A stretch of 64,000 nucleotides of DNA from Methanobacteriota archaeon (GTDB taxonomy: Archaea > Thermoplasmatota > Poseidoniia > Poseidoniales > Thalassarchaeaceae). Below are positions 29,099-38,963 of the stretch, piece by piece (the first letter of the stretch is position 1; each line of letters begins with the position of its first letter). The translations under genes were made by a program, and so were the position numbers. The notes below the pieces were generated by a model, which was not told the DNA's origin, ran no database searches, and saw only the letters and a list, made by a program, of their open reading frames with translations. Where the stretch lies: assembly GCA_014240285.1 (NCBI GenBank), contig JAAZXI010000001.1, positions 15,593 to 79,592 on the forward strand, written 5' to 3'.

Positions 29099-31399
29099 AT
29101 GGAAGACTCGACGTTGGGCGTTATGGCATTGTATGCCCTGCTGGGGCTGGCGCTCCTGACCCTCTGGCTCAGGCATCAGGCGGTGCTTCGTCAAAGAGAG
29201 AGGATGAGGGAGAAGATGGGGGCCCTACAGGGCGACCTCTCAGACACCTCACAACGGCTCGACCTCCTTTCTAGGGGCGTCGACACCGTGCTCAGCGAGA
29301 CTCCGGGGATGCAGGGCCTGCTGGATGCCCACAAATCCCTCGAGTCAGCCGAGACCCTGTTGTTCGAGCAAGACGTCAATGTAAGTTCCAGCGAATCGGT
29401 CGCGATAGCGAGCCACGCAGCCAAGACCATCCTCGTGCACTACCCCGGGCTCGCCGATGAGGACGGTCACAAGGATGTCGTTCCCGGCTTGCTCCCCCTA
29501 GTCGAGCGACTGGATGCGATACTCAACGAGGCCGAGATGCAGTCCGAGGACCTCGAGCTGACAGGTAATCAGCACCGCAGACTCGGAGAGCTGTTCCACG
29601 GCATTGACCGGACGATTCGAGCATCAGATTTCTACAGACGCGCACACAGCCTCAGCGCTGAGGATGCCGACGCTCTACGCTCCCTTGCATCTATTCACCG
29701 AGAGGAAGGCGACATGGAAGCCCTCGATCGCAGCCTAGAGAGGCTACTCGCAGTCGACCCGGATGACATCGCCGTGCTCAAGGAACAAGCTCTGTTGCTC
29801 TCAGGCGCCGACGAGGAGAGGGTCACTCGCAACTACCGTAGGCTGGAGGGACTCGGAGTCGAGTTCGACATCTCTCTGGCGACAACCGAGCTCTCTGACA
29901 TCGTCGAAAGGGCAAGGGAGGTCAATAGGGAGGTCGACCCGAGGACGATAGAGCCCGAGACATCCACAGGATGGCTCGAACGCGCAGCTAGGCTGCTGAT
30001 GATAGGAGAGATTACCGTCGCCCTAGAATCAGTTGAGAAAGCAATCGAAACTAATCCTGACAACGGTGAGGCGTGGATGCTGCACGCCAAGTTACTGTCG
30101 GTTGATGAGGAGAGGACGAAGGAGTCTCTACAGAGCATACGTCGGGCCACCACTTTGGGTCAGTACGGAGTCATTCTCGAGTCGGAGATATTCGAGAACG
30201 ACGGCAGGCTCGACGCGGCTAGGGCCGTGCTTGAGGAAAGGCTCGAGACCAATCCCGAGGACGCCGAGGCCAGAGCCCGCCTGAGTCTTGTGCTTCTCCG
30301 GGCCGGGGCGAACGAGTGGTCACGCAAAGTGCTCGACGAGGCTCCGCCTGGATCATGGGAGAGCGCCCCATTGCATGTCATGGATGGAAGACTCCACCTA
30401 CTTACCAGTGAGAGCCACCGTGATAATACCGGTCACCATGACCAGTTGACCCTGCTCGACGCGCTGGTTGCCTTCGACGGAGCAATTGATCGAGATAGGG
30501 AATCCGGCCTAGCCTGGCTGGGCCGATCTAGGGCCCTGCGCTACCAGGGCGCCCCCAACGAAGCCGAAGTCGCACTCACACGAGCCCGGCGACTAATCCC
30601 CGAGCACCCCTCCATTCCCCTCGAGGAGGCACAACTGTGCCTCGACCTAGGCCGTCTTGAGCAGGCCGACACACTGGTGTCCGAGGCTGCCACTCAGTTG
30701 AATGACCACTCGGCCATACCCTTCGTCAGGGGTATGATTGCTGCCCGTCAGAACAGGCTCACTGAGGCAATATCCCTGTTCAGTAAGGTGCTCGCGAATG
30801 AGCCCGACCACGTCCGCGCCCGTCTCAACAAATGCTCGGCCTCGTTACTGAAGGGCGACCTAGCTACCGCCCTCGATGACGCCGATTATCTGGTGTCCAA
30901 CCGGCCCAGACTCGACATGGCGCGGCTGCGCCGCTCAGAGATTCTGATGAGTCACGGAGACTGGGATGAAGCCGAGGCCGAGTTACGCAGGCTGCTTGGG
31001 AACAGGCCCGACCACACAATGGCACTGGTCCACCTCGGGACCTGTCTAATCGCAAGGGGCCGGGCTGAACAGGCTGAGAAACCCCTCAACACAGCGTTAC
31101 AGATTGATTCCACACATTCCGATGCGTGGTATCAACGCGGACTCCTGTACCTCGACTTCGGTCGCCTCGAAGACGCCATGCACGACTTCGAGAATGCAGC
31201 CGAGAATGACGAGTTCCACATCGACGCTCGACTCAGGATAGCCACCTTGTTGCACGAGGCCGAGGACATGAAGGGGGCCACAGCAGCCTGGAGAAATGTC
31301 CTCGATGTGGACCCAGAGCATCGGCTGGCAAGGCGTCGACTGGAGGAGTGCAGGGGGAGTTCGAACCCTCCCAAACCCAATCCTCGGTCAGAGGGTTGA
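29099..31399 (+). CDS. membrane-anchored tetratricopeptide-repeat protein
   Basis: N-terminal TM helix and coiled coil, then many TPR-like units (A..L...P.....W..RG). Confidence 0.88.
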   Translation: MEDSTLGVMALYALLGLALLTLWLRHQAVLRQRERMREKMGALQGDLSDTSQRLDLLSRGVDTVLSETPGMQGLLDAHKSLESAETLLFEQDVNVSSSESVAIASHAAKTILVHYPGLADEDGHKDVVPGLLPLVERLDAILNEAEMQSEDLELTGNQHRRLGELFHGIDRTIRASDFYRRAHSLSAEDADALRSLASIHREEGDMEALDRSLERLLAVDPDDIAVLKEQALLLSGADEERVTRNYRRLEGLGVEFDISLATTELSDIVERAREVNREVDPRTIEPETSTGWLERAARLLMIGEITVALESVEKAIETNPDNGEAWMLHAKLLSVDEERTKESLQSIRRATTLGQYGVILESEIFENDGRLDAARAVLEERLETNPEDAEARARLSLVLLRAGANEWSRKVLDEAPPGSWESAPLHVMDGRLHLLTSESHRDNTGHHDQLTLLDALVAFDGAIDRDRESGLAWLGRSRALRYQGAPNEAEVALTRARRLIPEHPSIPLEEAQLCLDLGRLEQADTLVSEAATQLNDHSAIPFVRGMIAARQNRLTEAISLFSKVLANEPDHVRARLNKCSASLLKGDLATALDDADYLVSNRPRLDMARLRRSEILMSHGDWDEAEAELRRLLGNRPDHTMALVHLGTCLIARGRAEQAEKPLNTALQIDSTHSDAWYQRGLLYLDFGRLEDAMHDFENAAENDEFHIDARLRIATLLHEAEDMKGATAAWRNVLDVDPEHRLARRRLEECRGSSNPPKPNPRSEG

Positions 31400-31425
31400 A
31401 CTGCTTCCCATCACTCCCTAGTAAC

Positions 31426-31980
31426 ATGCAGGAACTACGAGGAATCGAACCAGGTGACGCCGCCCCCAATTTTCATCTCCCGAATGCCAATCCCCCCATA
31501 GGCGGCGAAGCGATGTCGTTGAGCGATGTCATCGGGCCGAACGGAGCCGTCATCATGTTCACTTGCAACCACTGTCCGTACGTTGTCGGCTCCGAGCCGC
31601 GGATCGAAGCGATGGCCGCAAGGGCACGTTCTGAAGGCCTCGGTTTTGCCGGAATCAACTCCAATGACCCGGTGAACTACGAGTCGGACTCTTGGGGGAA
31701 CATGCTCAAACGGGCAGGCCGAGGAATGAGTTACTCCTACCTGCATGACGACAATCAAGACATCGCGCGTGCGTATGGGGCCGAGAGGACGCCCGAGTTC
31801 TACCTCCTCGACTCCTTGGGTGCGGTCACATACCGTGGTCGACTCGACGACTCACCTCGGGATCCATCCCACTCCTCGACCTCAGAACTGGCAGATGCCA
31901 TGGACGACATGGCCGCCGGACGCAGCGTAGTCAAACCCCGAACGGTCAGTATCGGCTGCTCAGTCAAGTGGAAGATGTAG
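31426..31980 (+). CDS. thioredoxin-fold AhpC/TSA-like protein
   Basis: APNFHLP, CNHCPYV, INSND, YGAERTPEF, GCSVKW. Confidence 0.92.
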   Translation: MQELRGIEPGDAAPNFHLPNANPPIGGEAMSLSDVIGPNGAVIMFTCNHCPYVVGSEPRIEAMAARARSEGLGFAGINSNDPVNYESDSWGNMLKRAGRGMSYSYLHDDNQDIARAYGAERTPEFYLLDSLGAVTYRGRLDDSPRDPSHSSTSELADAMDDMAAGRSVVKPRTVSIGCSVKWKM

Positions 31981-31989
31981 GCCTAGCAT

Positions 31990-32412
31990 TCAGTACTGTT
32001 CCAGTACTAACTCTGTCTGCGTCGAGCCTATCTCTCCGGGTGCGGCGAGCCACATCTCGTCGAGCAGGTCGCGCAGCGCCACGGTGTCATCGACGTGCAC
32101 AACAGCGATTAGGTCAGCATCCCCGCTAATCTCGTAGACGCACTCGATACCGGACCATGTGGAGAACTCCCCGGCAAGCGACCCAATCTCAGTACCCGGG
32201 CCGACCTTGAGACGGACCAGAGCAGTCAGCCCAATGCCCGCCTCGCGGATAGTGTAGCCGCGGATTACCCCATCGTCCTCCAGCCTGCGCATGCGGGTGC
32301 GAACAGTCCGCTCAGTCACCCCGACTTGCTTCGCGATATCTACGAAGGGGGCTCTGCCAGAGTCTCTCAGGACTGAGAGGATGGCTCTGTCAAGACTGTC
32401 TACTTCAATCAC
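31990..32412 (-). CDS. Lrp/AsnC family transcriptional regulator
   Basis: DSLDRAIL..L...GR.PF..IAKQVGV....V..R..RLEDDGVIRGY, followed by a RAM domain (EISGDAD). Confidence 0.93.
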   Translation of the reverse strand: MIEVDSLDRAILSVLRDSGRAPFVDIAKQVGVTERTVRTRMRRLEDDGVIRGYTIREAGIGLTALVRLKVGPGTEIGSLAGEFSTWSGIECVYEISGDADLIAVVHVDDTVALRDLLDEMWLAAPGEIGSTQTELVLEQY

Positions 32413-32555
32413 GGGTTGCGCCGAAAATAGACCTCTATTTGTATGTTCTCTACCTGATGTGTGAAATATGAATACTGATTATTTCCTGATTATGTATCAA
32501 AATCCAACAACGAAGAAAAGTCGGATTCAAATGGGATGGCGTAAATTCGCGTCCG

Positions 32556-32990
32556 ATGTCGGCGGAGGAGACGATGGCCCACCTCCGTGTCCAAGAGTAT
32601 CTCGACGACGTCTCCGAGCTGGACATACCCTCCTCCCAGACAGAGTGGTACAACGTCGATGTCGCTTCGCTCCTCACAGGCAGCAAGGTGCTCGGACACG
32701 AGGTCGATCGGTGCACAGGCGACTCGCTGCTGTTCCTTGAGAAGAGCGTCATGCTGTGCAGCCCGTCAGCGGGCAAGATGCAGCACTTTCCCAAACACCT
32801 CCTCCATTGCTTCGTCGATGACAACCGCTGTGAGTGCAGCGAGCACGACGGTGTGCTGTTCCGCGCTGAGTTATTCTCAATATCCCCAACTGAGGAGCAA
32901 CTATGCTGGGAACGCTGCTGCCGCTCCGAGATGGAAATCCCAGATGTTCAAAGCAGGGTCTCTCACTGGCTGAGTTGGCTCAACACGTGA
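32556..32990 (+). CDS. Cys-rich hypothetical protein
   Basis: 144-aa ORF with 8 Cys, divergent from the Lrp gene. Confidence 0.65.
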   Translation: MSAEETMAHLRVQEYLDDVSELDIPSSQTEWYNVDVASLLTGSKVLGHEVDRCTGDSLLFLEKSVMLCSPSAGKMQHFPKHLLHCFVDDNRCECSEHDGVLFRAELFSISPTEEQLCWERCCRSEMEIPDVQSRVSHWLSWLNT

Positions 32991-33039
32991 ATCACCTCCC
33001 AGCGCAACCTTGAGAGGGGGGCTGTAGGTCGCCGCACCA

Positions 33040-34281
33040 ATGAGTGGCGCTGTCAGCGACCTCTCGGCCCGCATGATACTAGATTCTCGTGGCAACCCCA
33101 CAGTTGAGGTCGACTGCTACGTGAACGGCGTACTGCGAGGCCGTGCAGCGGTCCCTTCGGGGGCCAGCACAGGTAGCTATGAGGCTGTTGAACTGCGTGA
33201 TGGAGGCTCCGATTGGGCCGGTAGAGGTGTAGCCTCGGCAATAGCCCACGTCAACGGTGAGATCCGCGACGTCCTCATCGGGATGGAGGTATCCGACCAG
33301 GAAGAAATCGACATCGCTCTAGTCGCGCTTGATGGTACTGCCAACAAGAGCAGACTCGGGGCCAACGCCATACTAGGCGCCTCGATGGCCTGTTTGAGAG
33401 CGGCAACGAACGGCCCTCTATGGGTCCACATCGCATCAGATGGTCCGAGCAGCTTACCGGTACCGCAGATGAATATCCTCAACGGAGGGGCTCACGCTGC
33501 TTCGAACGTCGACGTCCAGGAATTCATGGTCGTCCCGCACGGATTCGACAGCCTGCCGGAGGCTCTGCGCGCGGGCGTCGAGACCTACCACGCACTGAAG
33601 TCGGTGCTCAAAGAAGAAGGATTACTCGGGGGTGTGGGCGACGAAGGCGGATTTGCCCCCAACCTGCCTCGCAATGAGGACGGACTGCGTCACGTACTCG
33701 GAGCCATCGAGCGAGCTGGATACACACCTGGGGAGCAGATATCAATCGCACTCGACTGCGCAGCGCAGGAGTTCTTTCATGAGGACGGTTACCACATCGA
33801 CGGTAAGGTACTGTCCGGCTCAGAGTTGGGTACCCTGTACTCTTCTTGGCTCGACAACTACCCAATCGTCTCGCTTGAGGACGCCTTTGGAGAGGATGAT
33901 TGGGACTCGTGGACAGAGTTCACCGCTCGCGAGGGACACCGCGTGCAGATTGTCGGTGATGACCTGTACGTCACCAATCCAACCAGACTCGCCAGAGGTA
34001 TAGCCGAGGGAGCAAGCAATGCCATTCTCATCAAGCTCAACCAGATAGGCACGGTTAGTGAGACGTTGAGAGTCATCGAGTTGGCGCGCACCGCAGACTT
34101 TGCCACAGTCATCAGCCACCGTTCCGGCGAGACCAGCGACGACATCATCGCCGATTTCGCGGTCGGTACCAACGCCGGTCAGATCAAGACCGGCGCCCCG
34201 GCTAGGAGTGACCGCACCTCAAAGTACAATCAATTGCTCAGGATAGCCGAGCAATGCAACATATTCACTGACCTATTCTAA
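33040..34281 (+). CDS. eno: enolase
   Basis: LDSRGNPTVE, PSGASTG, GDEGGFAP, SHRSGET, KYNQLLRI. Confidence 0.98.
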   Translation: MSGAVSDLSARMILDSRGNPTVEVDCYVNGVLRGRAAVPSGASTGSYEAVELRDGGSDWAGRGVASAIAHVNGEIRDVLIGMEVSDQEEIDIALVALDGTANKSRLGANAILGASMACLRAATNGPLWVHIASDGPSSLPVPQMNILNGGAHAASNVDVQEFMVVPHGFDSLPEALRAGVETYHALKSVLKEEGLLGGVGDEGGFAPNLPRNEDGLRHVLGAIERAGYTPGEQISIALDCAAQEFFHEDGYHIDGKVLSGSELGTLYSSWLDNYPIVSLEDAFGEDDWDSWTEFTAREGHRVQIVGDDLYVTNPTRLARGIAEGASNAILIKLNQIGTVSETLRVIELARTADFATVISHRSGETSDDIIADFAVGTNAGQIKTGAPARSDRTSKYNQLLRIAEQCNIFTDLF

Positions 34282-35223
34282 TGCTGCTAGCAGCAGCGGA
34301 AGCACAATAGTCGCATCCGACTCTATGACGAACCTAGGTGTGTCGGGACCCAGTTTCTCCCAACTTATTTTCTCGTTGGGCGGCGCGCCCGAGTAACCGC
34401 CGTAGGACGGGCGTGACTCGGATATCTGCGCGAACCACGCCCACAGCGAAACATCGACCTTCGCATCTTGTCGTAGCATCGGCACCACAGAGATTGCGAA
34501 GTCACCCGCAATCCCCCCGCCGACCTGCAGCAGCCCGGTCGGGGAGTCGTCCTCGCGATACCAATCGGCTAGGGCCTGCATTGCATGCAAGCCTCCCCTG
34601 ACTATGTCCGCTCCCTTCAATGAACAGTCGAGGATTCGTGCGGCGAGTATGTTGCCAAGCGTCGAATCCTCCCACCCCGGGGTGAAGATTGGTAAGTTTG
34701 CATCTGCCGCAGCCATCAGCCACGACTCGTTTGGATCAGCATCGAACTCCAGTTCGCTGTGCAGCAGCAGGTCGTACAGATACTCGTGCGGAAACCGCCG
34801 GTCGCCAGCCGCTTCAGCGTCCTCCCACAGTGACATCAGCGGCCCTTCGATGCGGCGTATCGCCTCCTCTTCGGGTATCGCGACGTCGGTGACCCGGTTC
34901 ATCCCACGCTTGTGAAGTGCTACCTCGTCACTGGCTGTCAGCTCACGCCAATCCACAATACTCTCGTAGTGTGAGCGAGCGACTAGACTGAACAGGTCCT
35001 CCTCGAGGTTCGCTCCGGTACAGCAGATAGCGTGCACTCTCTGAGACCTGATGGCTGGTGCCAGCGTTCGCCCTATCTCAGCTGTCGACATGGCTCCGGC
35101 GAGAGTGACAATCAGGCGCCCTCCATTATCTAGAAAATCTCGTAGTGAATCGGCGCATTGCGCCAACGCGCCAGCGTTGAAATGCCGGTAGTTTGAATCG
35201 ATAAAATCGCGTACGGACACCAC
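34273..35223 (-). CDS. deoxyhypusine-synthase-like protein (bacterial-type DHS/SpeY clade)
   Basis: HFNA, TLAGAMSTAE, TGANLEED, PGWEDST, GGGIAGDF, YSGAPPNEKISWEK. Confidence 0.9.
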   Translation of the reverse strand: MVSVRDFIDSNYRHFNAGALAQCADSLRDFLDNGGRLIVTLAGAMSTAEIGRTLAPAIRSQRVHAICCTGANLEEDLFSLVARSHYESIVDWRELTASDEVALHKRGMNRVTDVAIPEEEAIRRIEGPLMSLWEDAEAAGDRRFPHEYLYDLLLHSELEFDADPNESWLMAAADANLPIFTPGWEDSTLGNILAARILDCSLKGADIVRGGLHAMQALADWYREDDSPTGLLQVGGGIAGDFAISVVPMLRQDAKVDVSLWAWFAQISESRPSYGGYSGAPPNEKISWEKLGPDTPRFVIESDATIVLPLLLAALE

Positions 35224-35229
35224 CTCACC

Positions 35230-35604
35230 TCAGAATCTATCCAAACGCCCTCGACCTGACAGCACAAGACTAGGAACAGCGTCGACGACGACGCTGTGAA
35301 TCTTGTCGGCCAGCGACCCTGGGTCACTATCACCACAGGTGAAGATATCGATTGCCAGAAGCCCGCTCTCGGAATAGCAGTGCGCGCTGACATGACTCTC
35401 GTCGATGAGGACGACGGCTGCGAAGCCGGGCGGACTCTCACTGCCGTCAAACTGTGCTACATGTGAATGGACCTCGCGGATGCCAGCTTTGCGAACACAG
35501 TCTCGCAGAACCTGAAGCATCCACTCGCCGTCGTCATCAACCGGTGGCGAGTAGTCCGTGTAGTCCAGCACGACGTGCCCGCCACGCGAAGTGGAGCCGC
35601 TCAT
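35230..35604 (-). CDS. speD: S-adenosylmethionine decarboxylase proenzyme family (pyruvoyl)
   Basis: LIDE|SHVSAHCY self-cleavage motif and AIDIFTCG. Confidence 0.85.
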   Translation of the reverse strand: MSGSTSRGGHVVLDYTDYSPPVDDDGEWMLQVLRDCVRKAGIREVHSHVAQFDGSESPPGFAAVVLIDESHVSAHCYSESGLLAIDIFTCGDSDPGSLADKIHSVVVDAVPSLVLSGRGRLDRF

Positions 35605-35639
35605 GTGCAGGCTGCATCGATTTTCCGATTTCAAGGTGA

Positions 35640-36773
35640 CTAATCGACAAGCCACACCCGCAACCGCCGCAGACCCTCGTAAATGGCCTCCTCGTCGGTG
35701 GCGTACGAAATCCTGACGAAGCCCTCGCCACCGGTGATTAGTGAGGTCGGAATGAGTTGAACACCCGCTTCCAGCGCACCATCAGCGAACTCGATATCAG
35801 TCATGCCCGTACCAGTGACATCGACGAACACGTAGAACGCACCCTCGGGCTCAACAATCCTCAGTCCGGGCAACTCTGAGAGCCCGGCAGTCATTATCCC
35901 ACGCCGCTTCAGGTACTGTCGGTTGAATTCCTCGACCGAGTCGTCGCACCCTAGAGCAACTGCGGCTGCGTGCATCATGAATGTGGGGACGTGAGAGGCG
36001 GAGTTGGCCTGACTCTTGATAGCGGCGCGCATAGCATTCGGAGGACCGGTCAGGAAGCCCAATCTCATCCCCGTCATCGCCCAGGACTTCGACCAGCCGT
36101 TGACAATCAGAGTGCGCTCCGCGCCACCTGGGAGAGCATAGGGGGAGACGTGAGGGTAGTCCATCCAGACCAGTCTAGCATAGATCTCGTCGGAGACAAT
36201 CCAGAGGTCGTGCTCGACAGCGATGTCGACGATGGCCTGCAATTCGTCCGGGGTGAACACTGCTCCGGTGGGGTTGCAGGGGGAATTGACCAGTATCATT
36301 CGAGTCCTGTCGGTGACCGCGGCTCTGATGGCATCGATGTCGGGATGGAAGTTGTCCTTGCGAACCGGCACGTTCACCGGAACCGCCCCGATAAGCTCCA
36401 GCATCGGCTCGTACGAGGCCCAAGAGGGGGCTAGCAGAATTGCCTCGTCTCCCGGCATCGTGGTGATGAGGAACGAATACAGCAGCGCCTGCTTGGCGCC
36501 AGGCGTGATGACCACATCGTCTGCACCGACCTCGACAGAATGATGCCTTGCTAGGTAGTTGGACACCGCTTGGCACAGTTCCATCGAACCCGCACCCCTA
36601 GTGTACTTCGTGTTACCATCTTCCAGCCCCTTGATCGCCGCTTCGATGACCGCGCGCGGGGTGTCGAAACCAGGCTCTCCCACCGTCCAACGGATGACCC
36701 CGGGTTCTGGAGGTTGCAGATACGGCGCGAAGCCGACGCCAAGACCCTCGTAGCGAGAGGAAATCTCAGGCAT
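35640..36773 (-). CDS. class I/II PLP aminotransferase (aspartate aminotransferase-like)
   Basis: GEPGFDTP, PGAKQAL, NSPCNPTG, SDEIY, SKSWAMTGMRLG. Confidence 0.93.
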   Translation of the reverse strand: MPEISSRYEGLGVGFAPYLQPPEPGVIRWTVGEPGFDTPRAVIEAAIKGLEDGNTKYTRGAGSMELCQAVSNYLARHHSVEVGADDVVITPGAKQALLYSFLITTMPGDEAILLAPSWASYEPMLELIGAVPVNVPVRKDNFHPDIDAIRAAVTDRTRMILVNSPCNPTGAVFTPDELQAIVDIAVEHDLWIVSDEIYARLVWMDYPHVSPYALPGGAERTLIVNGWSKSWAMTGMRLGFLTGPPNAMRAAIKSQANSASHVPTFMMHAAAVALGCDDSVEEFNRQYLKRRGIMTAGLSELPGLRIVEPEGAFYVFVDVTGTGMTDIEFADGALEAGVQLIPTSLITGGEGFVRISYATDEEAIYEGLRRLRVWLVD

Positions 36774-36883
36774 GCCTCACGCGGGAGGCTGAATGAAGAT
36801 GAACATACCCTCTAAGGTTCCTGAAAGTACTACCCTCACCCTGCAAAGAGTCTTCAAGGGAGCCTCGGGGGTCGGGAGTCGCT

Positions 36884-36957
36884 GCACGGGTGGCAGAGCA
36901 GCTATGCAATGGACTGCAGATCCATGGACCCGGGTGCAAATCCCGGCCCGTGCTCCA
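36884..36957 (+). tRNA. tRNA-Cys(GCA)
   Basis: GCACGGGTGGCAGAGCAGCTATGCAATGGACTGCAGATCCATGGACCCGGGTGCAAATCCCGGCCCGTGCTCCA; anticodon GCA, U73, encoded CCA. Confidence 0.95.
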
Positions 36958-36977
36958 ATTCTCGACCAGTGGTCGCT

Positions 36978-37928
36978 CTAGAACTCGACGAGCCCCGGAT
37001 CGACGTTGCCGCCGGAGAGAATGACTCCGACCCTGTCTATATTCTCGAGAGCTCTGAACTCGGGTCCGAGAACTGCTGCCAGCGAGGCAGCACCGCTGGG
37101 CTCAACCACCATACCCAAGTGCTTGAGAAGCAATCGCATTGCCTCGATGACCTCTTCGTCGCTGACAGTGAAAATCGCCTCTAGATGATCCCTGATAATC
37201 GGCCAAGTATGCTCTCCCATGCTTGTCAGCAGACCGTCGCAAATGGTGTCCGGTCCGGTCTGCGGCAACAGTTCGCCGGCTTCTAGAGAACGTGCTGCGT
37301 CATCAGCCCCCTCTGGCTCAGCCCCAAATATTCTAGTGTCTGGGAACAGTGCTCTAGTGGCGATGCAGGTTCCAGAAATTAGTCCACCACCCCCTATGGG
37401 GGTGATGACGGCATCCAACGCCCCACCTTGTTCGAACAGTTCTATCGAAGCAGTACCCTGCCCTGCGATGACGTCCGGGTTGTCATAGGGGTGGATTAGA
37501 GTAGCCCCGGTCTGCTCAATAATCCCTGCAGCTGTGGATTCCCTAGCAGCGAGATTGGGCTCGCAGAAGGTTATCTCGGCATCGTGACTCTTCACCCCCA
37601 TCACCTTGACTCGAGGCGCGGTTTTTGGCATCACGATGTAGGCTGGCACACCGCGCTGTTTGGCTGCCAGAGCCAGCGCTTGAGCGTGGTTGCCGCTGCT
37701 GTGCGTGCAGACCCCCCTCTCAGCAACATCATCGAGTAGCATCACGGCGTTGCTGGCACCCCGGAACTTGAACGCACCAACGTGCTGCAGGTTCTCACAC
37801 TTCAGCAGCACTTCCCTGCCTGCGATACGATTGATATCTTCGGAGGATACCACAGCCGTACGCTTGATCACCCCATCCAGCCTCTGTGCCGCTGCATGCA
37901 CGTCATCGATGCTCACCGAGTATCCCAT
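36978..37928 (-). CDS. serine racemase / threonine dehydratase-like PLP enzyme
   Basis: KCENLQHVGAFKFRGA, SSGNHAQA, PIGGGGL, SGGNVD. Confidence 0.92.
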   Translation of the reverse strand: MGYSVSIDDVHAAAQRLDGVIKRTAVVSSEDINRIAGREVLLKCENLQHVGAFKFRGASNAVMLLDDVAERGVCTHSSGNHAQALALAAKQRGVPAYIVMPKTAPRVKVMGVKSHDAEITFCEPNLAARESTAAGIIEQTGATLIHPYDNPDVIAGQGTASIELFEQGGALDAVITPIGGGGLISGTCIATRALFPDTRIFGAEPEGADDAARSLEAGELLPQTGPDTICDGLLTSMGEHTWPIIRDHLEAIFTVSDEEVIEAMRLLLKHLGMVVEPSGAASLAAVLGPEFRALENIDRVGVILSGGNVDPGLVEF

Positions 37929-38003
37929 GACAGCCCGCCTGAGAGAGGGCATAGATGACATCATCGGCGTGGATTTCAAGCCTGAGCCCCGCTTCGTTGC
38001 GGC

Positions 38004-38420
38004 ATGGCGGAGCAGAACGCGCCGGAATGGAGGGCCCACGCAGCGGCGGGAGCGTTGCTACTGCTCGACACTTTGACTCTAGGCTACGCCCCTGCTGGTC
38101 CATGGGACACTCCGTCGTTCTCTCTCGGGGTGATAGGACTGACTGGCATAGTGTTGCTCTACGTGGCTTGGTACCGATTCACGTTCAAGCGGCGGGGGTT
38201 GATTCCATGGCTCGACCTGTGGCAGGATCCAGCAGGTTCCTCTCAGAAAGCCATCATCGCCGGAGTGGCGACCATAGCCCTCGCCTGGGTTCTCGGCAAC
38301 CCGTTGCAGGAGCAGATGCCTGATCCTTCGGGGTTGATTCTGACCCTAATCGGTCTGTTGATGCTGCTCAATGGAATCTACGTGAAACTCAGCATCGGCC
38401 CTCTGGCTGATTCCGAGTAG
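38004..38420 (+). CDS. hypothetical membrane protein (4 TM)
   Basis: Four hydrophobic segments; TTCAAG lies 29 nt upstream. Confidence 0.75.
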   Translation: MAEQNAPEWRAHAAAGALLLLDTLTLGYAPAGPWDTPSFSLGVIGLTGIVLLYVAWYRFTFKRRGLIPWLDLWQDPAGSSQKAIIAGVATIALAWVLGNPLQEQMPDPSGLILTLIGLLMLLNGIYVKLSIGPLADSE

Positions 38421-38963
38421 TCAGCGAGCTCCCGGTTTCCAGAACTGCAGGGGCAACGCGTCCTCTCCCTGCATGGCCCTGAACGCGAGGTGATCCGCCC
38501 GCTCGTTCCAGCGGTGCCCCCGGTGCGCGCGGACATGCTCCGCACAGAGCGAGTGTAGAGACGCGACCTCGGACCACAACGCCTGCACCGAACCAGCGAG
38601 CTCCTTGTTCGCCTTAGCCCGCCACTCTCCTGAGGCTATGTTCAGAGCGTATTGTGAGTCACCTCGTAGCACCACGTCGTGGCTATCGCCCTCGGACAGA
38701 AGCCAGCGCATCGCATGAGCTATTGCGGAGAGTTCGGCAGTGTTGTTGGATCCCACTTCGGCACCAAGAAAGCCATCTACAGACTCCTCTGTGACTACCG
38801 GTCCACTCCTCTCGAAGATGACATCACCACCGCCTTTGCCGATTCCACTGTCACCCGAGATGACGCAGAATCCCCAACCCGCCGGTGTCTTGCCGGTGAC
38901 GTTTCTGTTCTCTTCGCATGATCCATCCACATAGATGTACAGCGCTCTGCCAGCCATCGTCAT
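38421..38963 (-). CDS. rnhA: ribonuclease HI
   Basis: IYVDGS, SNNTAELSA, DSQY, HVRAHRG..WNERAD.LA (DEDD active site). Confidence 0.92.
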   Translation of the reverse strand: MTMAGRALYIYVDGSCEENRNVTGKTPAGWGFCVISGDSGIGKGGGDVIFERSGPVVTEESVDGFLGAEVGSNNTAELSAIAHAMRWLLSEGDSHDVVLRGDSQYALNIASGEWRAKANKELAGSVQALWSEVASLHSLCAEHVRAHRGHRWNERADHLAFRAMQGEDALPLQFWKPGAR

